Assembly: GCA_002269645.1 (NCBI GenBank)
Contig: NIVC01002720.1
Span: forward strand, 82,878 to 146,877
Direction: 5' to 3'
Length of the DNA: 64,000 nucleotides
Source: Macrostomum lignano
Lineage: Eukaryota
Below the pieces are notes generated by a model. The model searched no databases and was not told the origin of the DNA. It was given only the letters and a program-made list of their open reading frames with translations. A program made the position numbers and the translations under genes. Of the stretch, positions 61,301 through 64,000 are shown one piece after another; positions within the stretch are counted from its first letter, which is position 1, and each line of letters opens with the position of its first letter.

Positions 61301-62134
61301 TGCATCTTGAGGCCAGTGCTTAGCACACACGCCCATGTAGTCTGTCACGGTCTAAACAACAACAAAATTGTCAATGAATTCATGTAGCCAGGCTAAATCT
61401 GATTCACAAAGCACATTTGAAGAAAGTCTTACCGTCAGTTGATTAGGCAGTGACAGCCGCCAAGCCTCTCGTTCAGTTGCATCCTTAGGAAACGAAAATA
61501 CTGCAACATTCCGATCACGGTTACTATTATAGTTTGCACAACAGAAAATGACGCTGCATTTTCTCGGCATGATATTTATTTTCAGCGAGAATAAAAGTTC
61601 TCTCTCTCAATTGCAAGTGCATGCGAAGAACTCAATTTTAAGCTCAGATTTCTTCGCTTTCGCAGCTTTGGATGGGCCATAGAACAATGGGAGATTATAC
61701 ATACGGTACTATCGTTAAACAATAAGCAAAGATCACTCGTGGCTACGCTTAGTACCGTAGTATAGACTTATTGGCACTATCGTTTAGCATACTCGACTAG
61801 AAGCATTGTTTAACGCTGAAGCGTTGTTTAACGATGTCTCAGAGAATCAGAAACGTCCTAGACTGCGCAGGTTTTGGCCATAGACATCGACAACGACAAT
61901 GACATCGACACTCTATTCCTAATGTTTTTCATGCATTGAACGTTTAGTACGAGCGTACAATACATATAAAATAAATTGTCTATGGCAAAATTTTCAATCA
62001 TCGTTAAACAATCAATCTTTGACTGAAGCGTTGTTAGTATGGTAAACCATAGTAACTATGCTTTTAAACGAGCCTCATACTTTTTTCGCCATGAATTGGC
62101 TCGTTTCCGGTCCTGAGTTATCAAGTTGTCCTTG
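58320..62134 (-). mobile_element. P-superfamily DNA transposon (3815 bp)
   Basis: 77-bp TIRs (58320-58396, 62058-62134; one mismatch) starting CAAGG; exact 8-bp TSD GGTCTGAA; encodes a THAP-domain transposase. Confidence 0.95.
58711..61570 (-). CDS. THAP9/P-element-type transposase; exons 61570-61433, 61351-61210, 61148-59165, 59075-58711; two apparent 1-nt frameshifts (~61121, ~60452)
   Basis: THAP C2CH (CSVIFC…FSFPKD…W…VCAKHW…PPSVF), LPLPHQRTL, IFDEMY, VCDNH, HDVVHLLKSIRNNW, LQSDPLEAEFGVYRQMSGGNY, YYIAGY; three GT/AG introns. Confidence 0.88.
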
Positions 62135-63104
62135 GGTCTGAATCACGGATTCAAAGGTCTGAGACATAGATTCTAGGGTCTGAACGCGGATTCTAGGGTC
62201 TGAGACGCGGATTCTGGGTCTGAGACACGGATTCTAGGGTCTGAGACGCGGATTCTAGGGTCTGAGACGCGGATTCTGGGTCTGAGACACGGATTCTGGG
62301 TCTGAGACACGGATTCTAGGGTCTGAGACGCGGATTCTAGGGTCTGAAACGCGGATTCTAGGGTCTGAGACACGGATTCTGGGTCTGAGTCACGGATTCT
62401 AGGGTCTGAGACGCAGATTCTAGGGTCTGAGACACGGATTCTGGTCTGAGTCACGGATTCTAGGGTCTGAGACGCGGATTCTAGGGTCTGAGACGCGGAT
62501 TCTGGGTCTGAGTCACGGATTCTAGGGTCTGAGACGCGGATTCTAGGGTCTGAGACGCAGATTCTAGGGTCTGAGACACGGATTCTAGGGTCTGAGACGC
62601 AGATTCTAGGGTCTGAGACACGGATTCTAGGGTCTGAGACGCGGATTCTAGGGTCTGAGACACGGATTCTAGGGTCTGAGACGCAGATTCTAGGGTCTGA
62701 GACGCGGATTCTGGGTCTGAGACACGGATTCTAGGGTCTGAGACGCGGATTCTAGGGTCTGAGACACGGATTCTAGGGTCTGAGACGCGGATTCTAGGGT
62801 CTGAGACACGGATTCTAGGGTCTGAGACGCGGATTCTAGGGTCAGATACACGGATTCAAAGGTCTGAATCACGGATTCTAGGGTCTGAGGGAAGGATTAA
62901 CAAAAGTAATCAAAATATTTTAGATTCATACCAAATATCGACGAATTAAGCCGCAATATCACTGTGAGTAGCTATTTATGGTTTTATTTACTTTTTGTTG
63001 ATCCTTAATTTGTCATCCAATTCATTTAACTGAAACAATACACTCGCATGTTATTGCACTAAATAAAAGAGATTGGTGCATAATTGCTTCCTGTAAATGC
63101 TAAG

Positions 63105-63425
63105 AAACATTCCGTTTTCTTCTTCCTCGTATTTTCCTCCCTACATCTCTTTCTTCTACATTTCCCTCTATCTCGATCTTCTCTCTCTTTCTCTTTCTCT
63201 CTTCTCTCCCTTAATCCATTCTTCCTACCTACAATTTCCCTTCCTCCTTACTCTCTCCTTCTTTCCTCTCTTACTCCCTACATCTCTCCCCTCTCTACAT
63301 CTCTCCCTCCCTACGTCTCTTCCCTCACTAGATATCTTACTCCCTAAATCTCCCCTCCTTATACCTTCTCTCACACTTCTCCCTCCCTACGTCTCTTCCT
63401 CCTTTAAATCTCTTAATTCTCTACA
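63105..63425. repeat. CT-rich low-complexity tract
   Basis: Polypyrimidine-rich with recurring CCCTACRTCTCT. Confidence 0.7.
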
Positions 63426-64000
63426 TCCTCAGTACATGCATATCTCGCCCTTCACCCGGAATACATTGCATGCCATACGGTAACAGCAGGGTTTTCTGTG
63501 GAGCAAACAAAACAGCCTGTCTATTAATAGAGCACTTTGTGAAAGTTAACTTCTTAACACGCCTGCAGCATTGTTGGGTCATGCAATTTTTCTGGCATTC
63601 TGCAATCCCAGGCAATGTCTGCTCTGAAAGGCTGGCACTAAAAAGGGAACAATAAAAGGGAGAGAAAGAAATCAAGAGATGGAGACGGCAGGAAACTGGG
63701 AAGAGGGGGAAAGAGATGTACATGAAATCTGTGTCGGTAGTGGCTGGCATCAGGAGATTAGAAGGACATTTGCGAGAGTAGCCCTCGTTCCAGACAACTT
63801 TTTGATGCTGGCTCCTTTCCGATCCAGGTGTTCTGCACCCTCTTGAAGTCCTTGAATTGAAGGACGGACAATGGCAGCACAAAACTGATTATAATTTGAT
63901 CTTTTAAGGTGAAAAATTGCTTTTTGAAGTGGGCCCGTGCGAATGTACTAGAATTGCATTAGCGAGATGGAGAATCTGCATTTTAAGCATTTAATGACGC

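Larger units (their letters stand above)
57545..62890. repeat. 21-bp minisatellite (GGATTCTAGGGTCTGAGACGC) split into 57545-58319 and 62135-62890 by a P-element
   Basis: Same unit and orientation on both sides of the insertion. Confidence 0.95.

Overview
Eukaryotic (metazoan) genomic DNA with GC-rich exons and AT-rich intergenic DNA. Almost every intron carries a minisatellite. This style, plus a small HSP with two alpha-crystallin domains, suggests a flatworm such as Macrostomum (inference only). Host genes: ACAP/centaurin-beta (4 exons, runs off the left edge), coproporphyrinogen III oxidase (3 exons), a MacroD-type ADP-ribose hydrolase (3 exons), two orphan genes, an inverted pair of identical small HSP genes with perfect heat-shock elements, a TRP-like channel, mitochondrial ribosomal protein L12 and a GNAT acetyltransferase. 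Mobile DNA: a full-length Ty3/Gypsy LTR element nested in a TTAA-flanked foldback element whose arms are built from a 151-bp satellite; a four-exon THAP/P-element inserted in a minisatellite; tRNA-derived SINEs; and a family of hAT-type MITEs (CATACATG termini, 8-bp TSDs). The most unusual observation is that three of the four MITEs carry a 64-nt segment resembling the 28S rRNA R2/I-PpoI target region, with most mismatches falling on the cleavage core. All alignments were done by eye and reference sequences were recalled from memory.
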